This document shows, piece by piece, positions 52,401 through 60,330 of a stretch of DNA of 64,000 bases; positions within the stretch are counted from its first letter, which is position 1; each line of letters starts with the position of its first letter. Source of the stretch: Yuukianura sp. NJ FZ-2021 (lineage: Eukaryota). Location of the stretch: NCBI GenBank assembly GCA_046563655.1, contig CM102290.1:13888001-13952000 (forward strand), given 5' to 3'. Under the pieces are notes generated by a model, which saw only the letters and a program-made list of their open reading frames with translations, was not told the DNA's origin and searched no databases. A program made the position numbers and the translations under genes.

Positions 52401-55400
52401 TTTTAAGCATTAATCATCGTCACAGCTAATTCTGTTACAACTAATGATGGATCTGCTTTTAGAAAGCTAAATGTCACCACCGAAATCCTAATGAACCTTC
52501 CAAAACAAAACTTTAAAACTCTGATACTCCAAATTTTTAAATTTTACAGTAGGATTCTCGTTTTTGAACAATTTGAGTCTCAGCCTGTACAAAACCCCCA
52601 ATTTTTTCAATTTTTGTCAAAAAAAAAAAGACTGTCGATTTAGAAATTAGAAACGAAGGTAATTGCGAGGGAAATTTTTTTTTCAAACATTTTGAAATTT
52701 TTTGATTGGATTTTGTTGATTTTCGCCCTTCATGAAAACTACAAACCATTTCACATATCTCTCACCATAAATTTTAGTTTTCAAATTTCTTGAAATTTTG
52801 AGTGATGAAAATTTTGAAACCAGCATTTAAGAAATTTCGTTAACAGGCGTTCGTTCACAAACACTTGGTTCATAAGCGTAAGGTCAACAAGGAATGCGGG
52901 AATGTCGGTTGCCATTTTGTGGCAACGGCTTAAGTTGGTTTTCTTTTGTAGGAAAACAGATAAGAAGCGTTAGTGACAGTGAGAAGCATCATTAATCTTT
53001 CTCCCTCCAGCGACAATGTTTTACGGAGACATTTTTTCAGCGATGCTTCGACACAAGAAGCAACATTCACTCAATGTACTGTGTACACAAGAACAACTCT
53101 TCCTCATCTTCTTTCTTTTTTGTAAAGAAAATCAAGTTTTTGTGCCATTTCAAAATTGTTGCTACTTCACTGCAAAAATGAAAATCACAATTGAATCCTT
53201 GAGTGAGAACAAGACAAATCTGACAACTTGTTAAAAAATATGATAATCCCTAACATGTGTAACATTGAAAATTTATTCCAACCATTGACATTCTGCATTT
53301 GCACATTGTTTAACAGGAAGGCGCCGCAGGGCTTCTGCCCATCGACGTACTAAAAAGTGTCTTTTGTAAAGATTTGCCAAGTTGTCATTTCTGTGTCCAA
53401 ATTATTAAAAAGTTGATTGTTTGATTGGACATTGTCCTCCACAATTGAATTAATTTGACAGTCGGGAGGTGGAAGATAAGTTAGTCGTGCATGCAAAAGT
53501 TGGTAGTTTCAACTTCTAACTTTTCAAATTTTAACATTTTGACTTTTAACTTTTCAACTTTTAAGTTTTCAACTTGAAACTCTCCTGCCTTTCTGCCTTT
53601 CTGTTCAATTTTAGCACAATTATATTTGAAATTTTCTATTTCTAAGCCAAGTGTTTAATTTCCTCAAAATCACTTGAATTTTGAAATTTGGAATTGAAGA
53701 ATGTAAAAATGGAAAATGTTGCAAAAAAAAGTAATTCCGAAATCACATAATAGTGTGAGCGTGCGCAATGCTTTTAACTTTTTTATTTTAACAGTGTTTA
53801 GCCCACACACTTCAAGCCAAACATGGAAGGTCAGCCATTTGCGTCTCTTCGTAATAAGCAATAAGTCACGCCGCCGCTCATTTCTTTTCAAATTGTTGTT
53901 TGCAAATTTTGCAATTAAAAGTTCAATGGAAAACAAAAAAATTCATTTCAAATTTAACAATTTCAACAAAAAAAAATGGACAATGGGCCAAAATCATTGA
54001 TTTGTAGAGATGGTTTAACCGGTTAACTAGTAAACAATGTTAACACGTTTTGTTAATGTTAACACGTACGTTGACGTAAGGTACATCAAAACTCATAAAA
54101 AAAATTTAACAACAAGAGAACTTTGTTTTTTCAAAACATTTTTTTTTACTTTTTAGTTGTCGAAATTTTACAAGTTTGTTAATTTTTTGCTGCTGAGCAA
54201 CTACTGTGTAAATTCCTCGATTGAAACAAATTATTATTTTATAGTGGAAGTCCTTGAGAAAATTATGCCCCGGGGCGGGAGAATTGTTGAAAACTTTTGT
54301 TTAAATCATTTTTTTGTGACACGAAAACAAGTCTTTTTTTTGCAAAGGCAGAAAACTAAAAACTCTGCGGTGTATGAAGAGTGATGTTTAATAAAAATAG
54401 AGACGACAAGCTTTCTCTGCCGCCGCCAAAATCGCTCGAAATGTTTGTTTTAATTTTGATATAACTCGGGAAAACTTCTTTTTTAAAATGTTTTTTGAAA
54501 ACGGAGTGTATTAGATCTTAGACAGAGGACCCATCCAGAGACAAAGTCAACAAGGTTTTTAAGACTACCAAAATATTGTATATCTGTCACCACCCAATGA
54601 AAACTTCAAGGAGCAAGCCGAGCCACAAACTTTTACTTCAAAAGAAACCTCCTTTCACTCGTAAACTTTTTGGCCACGACCAAAAACTTTTAAGTGGAAA
54701 TAAATATTACAAAAAGAGAGAAAAAAGAGAGGGAAAGAAAAAAAAGAGACGGATTTTATTAAAGTCTGGAGTTACTTTATTAGAACAAACTGTCTGTCTG
54801 TCTGTCTGTCAGACACATAACTGTCACGCATTATTTTTTTGGCAAAAACATTTTCGGATGAACAACATTTCACGAAAACATTTTTGCAACAACATTTCAA
54901 ATTACTATCTTGAAACATTGCCACTTTCAAAGTTCGTTATACTTTTTAATCACTTTGTACATTCTACGCCTGTGTAATTTCTGGCACCGCTTGTACTACT
55001 ACTGTACTTGTAAACGAGGAAATAAAAATTCCGTTTTAACATTTCTGAGAAATCAAAATCTGACATGCATTTGCTACTTTTGTGCCTGAGGAATTCCGGA
55101 TAATTTTGAGCCTTCGTTTTGGGTTGGGCCTGCCATGAGTTACGTGTGTGAAGCGGAAGATATTTTTTGAAAGTCATAAGTGGGACGCACTGCTCCTTAA
55201 GTGTTTGGACAAGTGAAGTGGGATAGCACATGGATTATGCGTGCAGAAAAAGTAAGAAGGATGGACACAGGGGAGGTAAAAGTTGACATGCCTTGAAGTG
55301 GCGTGTTGTTTGCAATGCAAAATGAAGTCGTTGGACCTTTGGGCAACGCAATTATTGAACCCAATGAGCTAAAAATCCAGTTCTGCATTAAGACAAAAGT

Positions 55401-58400
55401 GCAAAGTGGGTTGTTAACCAAATTGTAAAGCAATTCAAATGCCGTAACACGTCTCCACCCTACGCTCCAAATTGGCAAAACTTTTTTTTAGCTTTTAACG
55501 TAACTCAAATTTACAAAAATCAGCACTTAGGAGGGTAACAACTTACTGTTGTTTTGTCTTAAATTTTAATATTTGCCACAAGCCACAAGTAAAAGCGTAA
55601 GTTTTGTACGGCCTTTGCGGACTTTTTGAACGCTTTGCGAAAAGTTGAGTGCTCCTGTTTTTGCAAAAAAAGATTGAAGACATAATATGCAAGTTTTCAA
55701 CGGAAAAGTAAATAGAGGCACTTTTAAAAACAGGACGCTGCCTCTCATAAATTCATGCTCTCAGATTGATTTATGCATATAAAATTGTGTTTACTTTTTA
55801 CACGGAAAAGAAAGATTAAAAGTTGTGCTGCTGAAATGAACGTGTGCAGAACTGGAATTAATTTGAACAAGAAACTAACATTTGACAATCGCATAAGGAG
55901 GACACTCAAGTCCTACCGGCATAACACAAGAAACAATTTACAAAAAGGAAGCGAACATTACAGTCAAACCTCTCATTTCTAAACTGGTTTTGATTGAATG
56001 GTTTAAAACATTTTCTAAAAGATTTCCGAAATACAGTACCATTCCGCCGTTCATTTGTGTAAAATTCAGATTCATGTAGGAAGTTAACTTTTTCCGGTGT
56101 TACGTGAATAAGGGAAAAACAAAGTTTGCAAATGAGAGGTTTTACTGTAGTGCCAACCGCCTAGTTCCAAACTCTCCCTCTCAAATCGGCCTCTGTTTAC
56201 ATTTACTCTTCATTTCAACCAAAATCAACAAACTCACACACCTTCATCTTGTGTACCTAAAAATTAGGAATGATAAGCATTTTGAATGAACAAATTAGCA
56301 CACACGGTAGTAAATTTAGTTACTTTAGGTGGATCTGCTCCACTAAATTCCAAAAGGTAATTGGCAAGGAGGCAATTTTGCACAGCCTTTCAGCAAACGC
56401 TGGAAATCGGGTTCTGTTGATTTATGATTTTTAGGAATTAAGCTTCAAATCAAATCTTTTGACAAGGAATGTACCTTGAGAGCCATTGACAAAAATTTAT
56501 AGGGATAAAAAAAAGTACCGTCAATTTTCAAATAGTGTCCTTGTTCCAAATGCTCTGTCCCCCCACTAGTACCCTCTCACCAAAAAAAAACTTAGGTACT
56601 ATTTGGAAATTTACGGTATCCAATTTGAAATATACGCTGGAGTATTTTCAGAGTTTTGAATTACTTCAAAAAATGTGAACTTTGACGCAAAGTTTCTTTT
56701 TTTTTACCGTAATTACCAAATACTTTGTAATTATTCTTTTTTAAACTAAAACTTCTGATCATCATAAGTTCAGTTCAAAATTTTGTTTCATTTCAAAATT
56801 TTCTTTCCCTTGTGAAAATGGAGATTAAAAGAGAAAGTTAAAATTACGATGGTTCAGTGACAAAAAAAACAACATAATTACCAAAATCCAAAATTACAAA
56901 TTTAGAACTACACCCTTCTGACATTTTTTTTCGTTTCTTAAAATTTGAATTGGATGTTCTAAAAAAGTAAAAAGCCCTATGCTATGGCATGTTGATCTAC
57001 CCTGGGAAATGGAAACTTGACTTCTTTTCATGTAATGACTTTCCCTTTTCTCATTTCCCTCCTAATCCCTGGAAGCTATTTACTTTTGAACTTTGTTTTC
57101 CTCTTTTTTATGATGAATTTCAAAAGTTCCAAGGGGTGAAATCTGTGAAGGAACTTGGGGCCAAGGGTTGTGATTTCATCTTCAACAAGGAAAAAATCCT
57201 AAAGCCTATTGCATGTTGGAGGCAATTTATTCTTCCTTTTTCGTTTTTTCAACCCTCCCAAACAAACTAGTTTGAGAATTGAGCAATTTCGATTCCTCAG
57301 TTTCAAAAGATTTGGATTTCACAATGGAAATTACAAAGTTAAACTTTGAAAAAACGGAGTTAGAGGAGTAGTGGAGGTGTAGCTTCAGTGTATCATTTGT
57401 TTGCTCCTGTTTAATCCTAAATTCAATCTGGTTTTTGGCAGTTCACGGTGCGTTTAGAACAAGATGAATTAATCTTCTACATACAGTAGAAACTCTCATT
57501 TAGCAACACGCTGTGATTGGTTGGTGTTTTTGGTCCTACAGCACAGTTCCAAATTCTGACACATTTTGTTTAAAACTTAAAATCTCTTCAAAAATGTAAG
57601 GTTTACGGTATTCCACCCTCAGCGGAGGCGGAGCTAAAAGTTACGAAATGAGAGGTTCTACTGTATTTGAAATTTGTTGGACAGAAAAATAGTAAATGGA
57701 TGCCAGATTTTGATTTTTTTTTAAAACGAGCAAAAAGTTTCGCAATTTGACGTTCCACTGTATTTGCAATTTTTTAGACAGCATAATAGCAAAAGGATGG
57801 CAGATTTTGTTTTTTTTTCCAAGAAGCGGAGCTAGAAGTTTCGCAATGAGAGGTTCTACTGTATACACTTTTTTTTTGTTTGCAAAAACTAAAAAATGAA
57901 GAAGGCGGATTGGATTACAACTTTGACAACAATTGAAAATAATGCAAGAGGAAGAACAAGAAACACAATGGAAATAGTTATAACGAAGAGACCACTACAC
58001 GACCACATCTCCAAAACATCTTTTGAATGTTCCGGGAAGAATGGGAGGAGGACATGCTCTGCACATTAAGCCAAGGAAAGCATGTCAATGGCCATAAATG
58101 GACTTGGTGCACTTCCTTTGAGGTGACACAACCCATTTGTCCTGTCAACCAACAAACCAAGTATCCCCTGGACATGTTCCGGATGTCCATAATTCATGAC
58201 AATCATAGTCCAATAAAAACAACAAATGAAATTGCCCCGAAAACAACTTTGGCACCTAGACCCCCCCTTAACCAACCCCCCCCCCCTCTATACTGGCCAT
58301 GGAACCTGATACTCTTGAAGCATCCGAAGAGTGGATACTGACCCATATACTAAGACTGTTGTAAACTGGCGCGCTGCTTGGAGGGAGGGAGTGATTAATG

Positions 58401-58735
58401 GGCAACTTGGGGAGGAGGGGAGCCTTTTCGCTGCATCGGCATTTAAATGCTTTCTGTAATCCTCTACACTGGGTTTTTGAAATGCTGGATACTTTAGAAT
58501 ACTGGATGATGCTGGGAGTAGTGACTCACATTTTCTCGGTGGAGCGCGGAATGCCTTTGGGGACAGAGACGAGGGCTCTCTGCGAGCAGTCCACTTGGAG
58601 GTTGTAACATTGACAGTCCTTGGGACACTGTGCCAGCACGTCGTTCGTGAGGCCAGAACAGGCGACCATCACTAGTACTCCAACTACGAGCACCGTCCAA
58701 ATCCTTTGGCTGGTTCGTACAAGCCCTTCTCCCAT
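7242..58735 (-). CDS. slit: Slit, secreted axon-guidance ligand; complete gene, 33 coding exons, about 1455 aa
   Basis: All 32 introns are GT-AG and phase-compatible; exon lengths sum to 4368 nt ending in TAG at 7244-7242. Domain order: signal peptide, 4 LRR domains with Cys caps, EGF1-6, laminin-G, EGF7, C-terminal cystine knot. An alternative in-frame ATG lies at 58789. Confidence 0.97.
7543..7839 (-). CDS. slit: slit exon 32 (end of laminin-G, EGF7)
   Basis: 297 nt, [14 protein letters not shown]...[14 protein letters not shown]. Confidence 0.93.
7938..8161 (-). CDS. slit: slit exon 31 (laminin-G)
   Basis: 224 nt, [10 protein letters not shown]...PLYIGGLP...[10 protein letters not shown]. 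Confidence 0.94.
8230..8464 (-). CDS. slit: slit exon 30 (laminin-G)
   Basis: 235 nt, [32 protein letters not shown]. Confidence 0.94.
8545..8752 (-). CDS. slit: slit exon 29 (EGF5, cleavage linker, EGF6)
   Basis: 208 nt, [12 protein letters not shown]...[15 protein letters not shown]. Confidence 0.94.
8827..8996 (-). CDS. slit: slit exon 28 (EGF4-5)
   Basis: 170 nt, [23 protein letters not shown]...[11 protein letters not shown]. Confidence 0.94.
9289..9466. mobile_element. Tc1/mariner-like MITE (TA|CC(G)TAAA...TTTA(C)GG|TA); similar termini at 28337-28432, 49735-49830, 51178-51561 and 56518-56616
   Basis: Terminal inverted repeats of about 20-25 bp flanked by TA at each locus. Confidence 0.7.
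9497..9636 (-). CDS. slit: slit exon 27 (EGF2-3)
   Basis: 140 nt, [19 protein letters not shown]...CQSGFQ. Confidence 0.93.
9713..9803 (-). CDS. slit: slit exon 26 (EGF2, first part)
   Basis: 91 nt, [21 protein letters not shown]. Confidence 0.92.
9890..10015 (-). CDS. slit: slit exon 25 (EGF1)
   Basis: 126 nt, [17 protein letters not shown]...CAPGYH; an alternative in-frame donor exists at 9883. Confidence 0.9.
10132..10324. mobile_element. hAT-like MITE, TIR CAGGGATGTCAAA (family B, copy 1)
   Basis: TIRs plus 8-bp flanks tttataag/cttataag. Confidence 0.8.
10400..10563 (-). CDS. slit: slit exon 24 (LRRCT, domain 4)
   Basis: 164 nt, [32 protein letters not shown]. Confidence 0.94.
10695..10766 (-). 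CDS. slit: slit exon 23 (LRR)
   Basis: 72 nt, [23 protein letters not shown]. Confidence 0.94.
11060..11131 (-). CDS. slit: slit exon 22 (LRR)
   Basis: 72 nt, [23 protein letters not shown]. Confidence 0.94.
11212..11283 (-). CDS. slit: slit exon 21 (LRR)
   Basis: 72 nt, [23 protein letters not shown]. Confidence 0.94.
11497..11698 (-). CDS. slit: slit exon 20 (LRRNT plus LRR, domain 4)
   Basis: 202 nt, [16 protein letters not shown]...ELYLDVNE. Confidence 0.94.
11845..11952 (+). mobile_element. tRNA-derived SINE-like element or pseudo-tRNA
   Basis: A-box/D-arm tagctcaagggttagcgc, stem tcttc..gaaga, B-box ggttcgaacc, T-run, and a tail ttgtctctcaagcc shared with 46264-46372. Confidence 0.7.
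12004..12173 (-). CDS. slit: slit exon 19 (LRRCT, domain 3)
   Basis: 170 nt, [21 protein letters not shown]...HEFRCT. Confidence 0.93.
13032..13552 (+). mobile_element. DINE-1/HINE-like (Helentron-associated) non-autonomous element; relatives at about 36110-36322 (-), 45308-45617 (-), 40300-40594 and 41725-41798, fragments near 29710, 33050, 34605 and 54790
   Basis: 5' aagtagcgaaag is inverted relative to the 3' hairpin aagtagc-ttac-gctactt; a (GACA/GACG)n microsatellite precedes the hairpin; internal tgacctttgacc motifs. The superfamily call is inferred from structure only. Confidence 0.6.
14133..14307. mobile_element. hAT-like MITE with TIR CAAGGTT...AACCTTG; relatives at 30931-31145 and 49439-49663
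   Basis: Long inverted arms (tttctttaacaggttgagta / tactcaacctgttaaagaaa). The 49439 copy has a perfect 8-bp TSD tcacttaa; the 30931 copy has tccagagg/cccagagg. Confidence 0.75.
14550..14621 (-). CDS. slit: slit exon 18 (LRR)
   Basis: 72 nt, [23 protein letters not shown]. Confidence 0.93.
14806..14877 (-). CDS. slit: slit exon 17 (LRR)
   Basis: 72 nt, [23 protein letters not shown]. Confidence 0.93.
15408..15599. mobile_element. hAT-like MITE family B, copy 2
   Basis: cagggatgtcaaaaatat...atatttttgacatccctg; flanks ttaataag/cttataag. Confidence 0.8.
16185..16328 (-). CDS. slit: slit exon 16 (two LRRs)
   Basis: 144 nt, [10 protein letters not shown]...[16 protein letters not shown]. Confidence 0.92.
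16696..16843 (-). CDS. slit: slit exon 15 (LRRNT, domain 3)
   Basis: 148 nt, [27 protein letters not shown]. Confidence 0.93.
16926..17307. mobile_element. Older hAT-like MITE with aatccggatt sub-terminal repeats, related to 39321-40260
   Basis: taggggtg...caccacta ends, many tccgga palindromes, degenerate TSD. Confidence 0.65.
17350..17507 (-). CDS. slit: slit exon 14 (LRRCT, domain 2)
   Basis: 158 nt, [32 protein letters not shown]. Confidence 0.94.
20179..20505. mobile_element. pogo/Tigger-like MITE (TA|CAGTAGA.CCTCTC...GAGAGG.TCTACTG|TA); also 22624-22923, 24013-24494, 44078-44270, 55961-56147, 57484-57861 and 61182-61367, solo ends near 15338 and 48837
   Basis: TIRs of about 24 bp starting CAGT and flanked by TA at each locus. 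Confidence 0.78.
20335..20410 (+). pseudogene. tRNA-like sequence (pseudo-tRNA or SINE head) inside a MITE
   Basis: D-arm gctc-aatagtga-gagc and perfect T-arm gtggg-ttcgaat-cccac; anticodon and acceptor arms are irregular. Confidence 0.55.
20701..20772 (-). CDS. slit: slit exon 13 (LRR)
   Basis: 72 nt, [23 protein letters not shown]. Confidence 0.94.
20975..21046 (-). CDS. slit: slit exon 12 (LRR)
   Basis: 72 nt, [23 protein letters not shown]. Confidence 0.94.
21078..21497. mobile_element. hAT-like MITE family B, copy 3, with a nested CAAGG-type MITE (about 21176-21394)
   Basis: cagagatgtcaaaaatat...atatttttggcaaccctg; flanks attatgag/cttatgag; the inner element resembles 30931-31145. Confidence 0.72.
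22217..22288 (-). CDS. slit: slit exon 11 (LRR)
   Basis: 72 nt, [23 protein letters not shown]. Confidence 0.94.
22965..23036 (-). CDS. slit: slit exon 10 (LRR)
   Basis: 72 nt, [23 protein letters not shown]. Confidence 0.94.
23217..23288 (-). CDS. slit: slit exon 9 (LRR)
   Basis: 72 nt, [23 protein letters not shown]. Confidence 0.94.
23551..23692 (-). CDS. slit: slit exon 8 (LRRNT, domain 2)
   Basis: 142 nt, [23 protein letters not shown]. Confidence 0.93.
24129..24393. mobile_element. MITE nested inside the 24013-24494 element
   Basis: tagggagtttgcgttataaataatttat ... ataaattatttataacgcaaactctcta inverted repeat of about 28 bp. Confidence 0.75.
25085..25135. repeat. (TCC)10 microsatellite followed by an inverted (GAG/GGA)n tract
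   Basis: tcctcc...tcc gaaattt gaggaggaggagga. Confidence 0.9.
26250..26485 (-). CDS. slit: slit exon 7 (LRR plus LRRCT, domain 1)
   Basis: 236 nt, [10 protein letters not shown]...[12 protein letters not shown]...LKCS. Confidence 0.93.
26589..26660 (-). CDS. slit: slit exon 6 (LRR)
   Basis: 72 nt, [23 protein letters not shown]. Confidence 0.92.
26759..26830 (-). CDS. slit: slit exon 5 (LRR)
   Basis: 72 nt, [23 protein letters not shown]. Confidence 0.92.
29486..29648. mobile_element. hAT-like MITE family D (TIR nAGTGTTGC...GCAACACTG), copy 1
   Basis: Perfect 8-bp TSD cggataca. Confidence 0.8.
34391..34582. mobile_element. hAT-like MITE family D, copy 2
   Basis: Perfect 8-bp TSD atggtgaa; body highly similar to 51273-51474. 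Confidence 0.88.
37376..37447 (-). CDS. slit: slit exon 4 (LRR)
   Basis: 72 nt, [23 protein letters not shown]. Confidence 0.93.
39321..40260. mobile_element. hAT-like non-autonomous element carrying an internal minisatellite
   Basis: TIR taggggtcggaatccgga / tccggattccgaccccta; perfect 8-bp TSD actaggat. Confidence 0.9.
39556..40053. repeat. 11-bp minisatellite (aacattNgcac), about 45 units
   Basis: Units vary mainly at one position (g/a/t/c), with an occasional tacatt variant. Confidence 0.95.
43955..44030. repeat. Short 15-bp tandem repeat (aaatccgaaatttac-like)
   Basis: About 5 degenerate copies. Confidence 0.6.
46264..46372 (-). mobile_element. tRNA-derived SINE-like element, second copy
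   Basis: Reverse complement reads atgatagctcaatggttagagctcttcccgcattgaagagatgtgggttcaaatccc...ttgtctctcaagcc; the acceptor stem does not pair. Confidence 0.7.
51273..51474. mobile_element. hAT-like MITE family D, copy 3, nested in the Tc1-like MITE 51178-51561
   Basis: TSD ctattctt/ctattttt. Confidence 0.85.
51998..52069 (-). CDS. slit: slit exon 3 (LRR)
   Basis: 72 nt, [23 protein letters not shown]. Confidence 0.93.
52245..52316 (-). CDS. slit: slit exon 2 (LRR)
   Basis: 72 nt, [23 protein letters not shown]. Confidence 0.93.
58530..58735 (-). CDS. slit: slit exon 1 (signal peptide, LRRNT)
   Basis: [17 protein letters not shown]...[17 protein letters not shown]; donor GTGAGT. Confidence 0.9.
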
Positions 58736-60014
58736 TCTGTAGCTTAAGGAACACAGTCCTCCGACGGGACTCAGAACGAATGAAACCATTTTCAAATCAG
58801 AGTCATAGGTCACGTATTTACAAGGGAACTGTCTCTCTTCGTCCGGCCACAAAACCTCCACGACGAAACGAAGTGTAAACTGTCACTAACTGGGTAGGCA
58901 GAGCCCTTGAGGTCACTTAAGGGTCAACCGATCCCTTTGCTCAACCAAAAGTTGTCCAGTGTTGACTTTTACACTACGCAGCTTATCTTCCTCTGAGTAC
59001 TTTTATCTTAAGGGCTCACACTCTTTGGATATTTACTTTTTGCTTCACTTTTTTTGAAATAGTAGAATTTGTAAAATATTTGTCCTTTGTTGGCAAAATG
59101 GGAACAGCTTTTTGAATTTGAAGAATGAAGAATTGGTAAGCTATGAAGGGATGCTTGGTTGCCTAGCGACGGAAAACACTTTTGGACATGATCTTTGACA
59201 GATTTGTAAAACTCGAAGTTATTAGAGTTAAACAGTACTGTCCAAAGTGTCAGTCAAACTAATTGTGCACAATGGAACAAAAAGGGTTGACACTGACAGG
59301 CCTCTGGAAGATCCGGTTTTCAATTTAGAAGCCAAATTTGTTCCAGTTGTCATCAACTTAATCAGTCCAGTTTCAAATTTGAATGGAACAATAATGGCGT
59401 CTCCTTGTCCAGGATTCTCTGACTTTCTTCTGGAAGGATTTATGAACCAGTCTCTCAATTACTCCAATCAACCAATGCATCTGGACATTCTAATGGACAC
59501 TTCAGCACAATAACTTCTGAATTCCTAAGTTTAAGAGGAAATTCAACTTTGGAACTGACTCTATCAAGATCGTGACTGAGGAGAGTTGTAGTGCAACCTT
59601 ACAGTTTTGTGAACATTACGCACAGCGTCAAGAGACTTGAAGAACACAACGTCTGACTTTCACTTCTGGTCTGCAACTGAGTCCAAGTGAGCACAGTGAG
59701 AGGGAAGAGGGGGAAAAGAGGCCTGAGGTGACGCTTATGAACTAAAAACCTCCCTTCTTCCTCCGACTCTCATCGCATCAATTTCATCTTCCGTTTAAAC
59801 AAATACAACACGTCCAAATTCCACAAACCAATTTCAACCCTTCACTCTCACAATTTTGTTATTCTCATATCATTTTAGTGCAAAGTTTTACTCAAAAATT
59901 TGGTGCAAAATTTTGGCGCTTCATGCTATGAAATACTGGCAATGCTGCAGTATAGCCAACGTTAAAACTGAAAAAATGACAAAATTTTAAGACACATACC
60001 GAGGTAACTACATT

Positions 60015-60330
60015 TTTTTTAAATGTGTTTTCTAAACGTTTTTTTTTTTTGTTTAAACGTTTTTAACCGCTTTTAAAACGTTTTGAACGTTTTCTAAAAG
60101 TTTTAAGCGTTTCTTTTGATTTAAACATTTTTAACCGTTTTTAAACGTATTTTTGCTTCAAACGTTTTTTAGAGTTTTTCACCGTATTTTTTGCTCCAAA
60201 CGTTTTTCTTTGTTTTAAACGCTATTAAACGTGTTAAAGCGGTTTTTTTTGCTTTAAACGTTTTTAACAGCTTCTTTTTTTTCTGTTTTAAACGTTTCTT
60301 GTTTCATACATTAAAAATTGTCGTTTAAAA
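60015..60330. repeat. Degenerate 10-11-bp satellite (tttttaaacg)
   Basis: Repeated aaacgttttt units between slit and ubinuclein. Confidence 0.8.

Noticed and set aside
59645..59682. Inr (TCAGTT) plus DPE-like AGACG as the slit core promoter
   Set aside because: The DPE-like motif starts at +25 rather than +28, so it is unsupported without start-site data.
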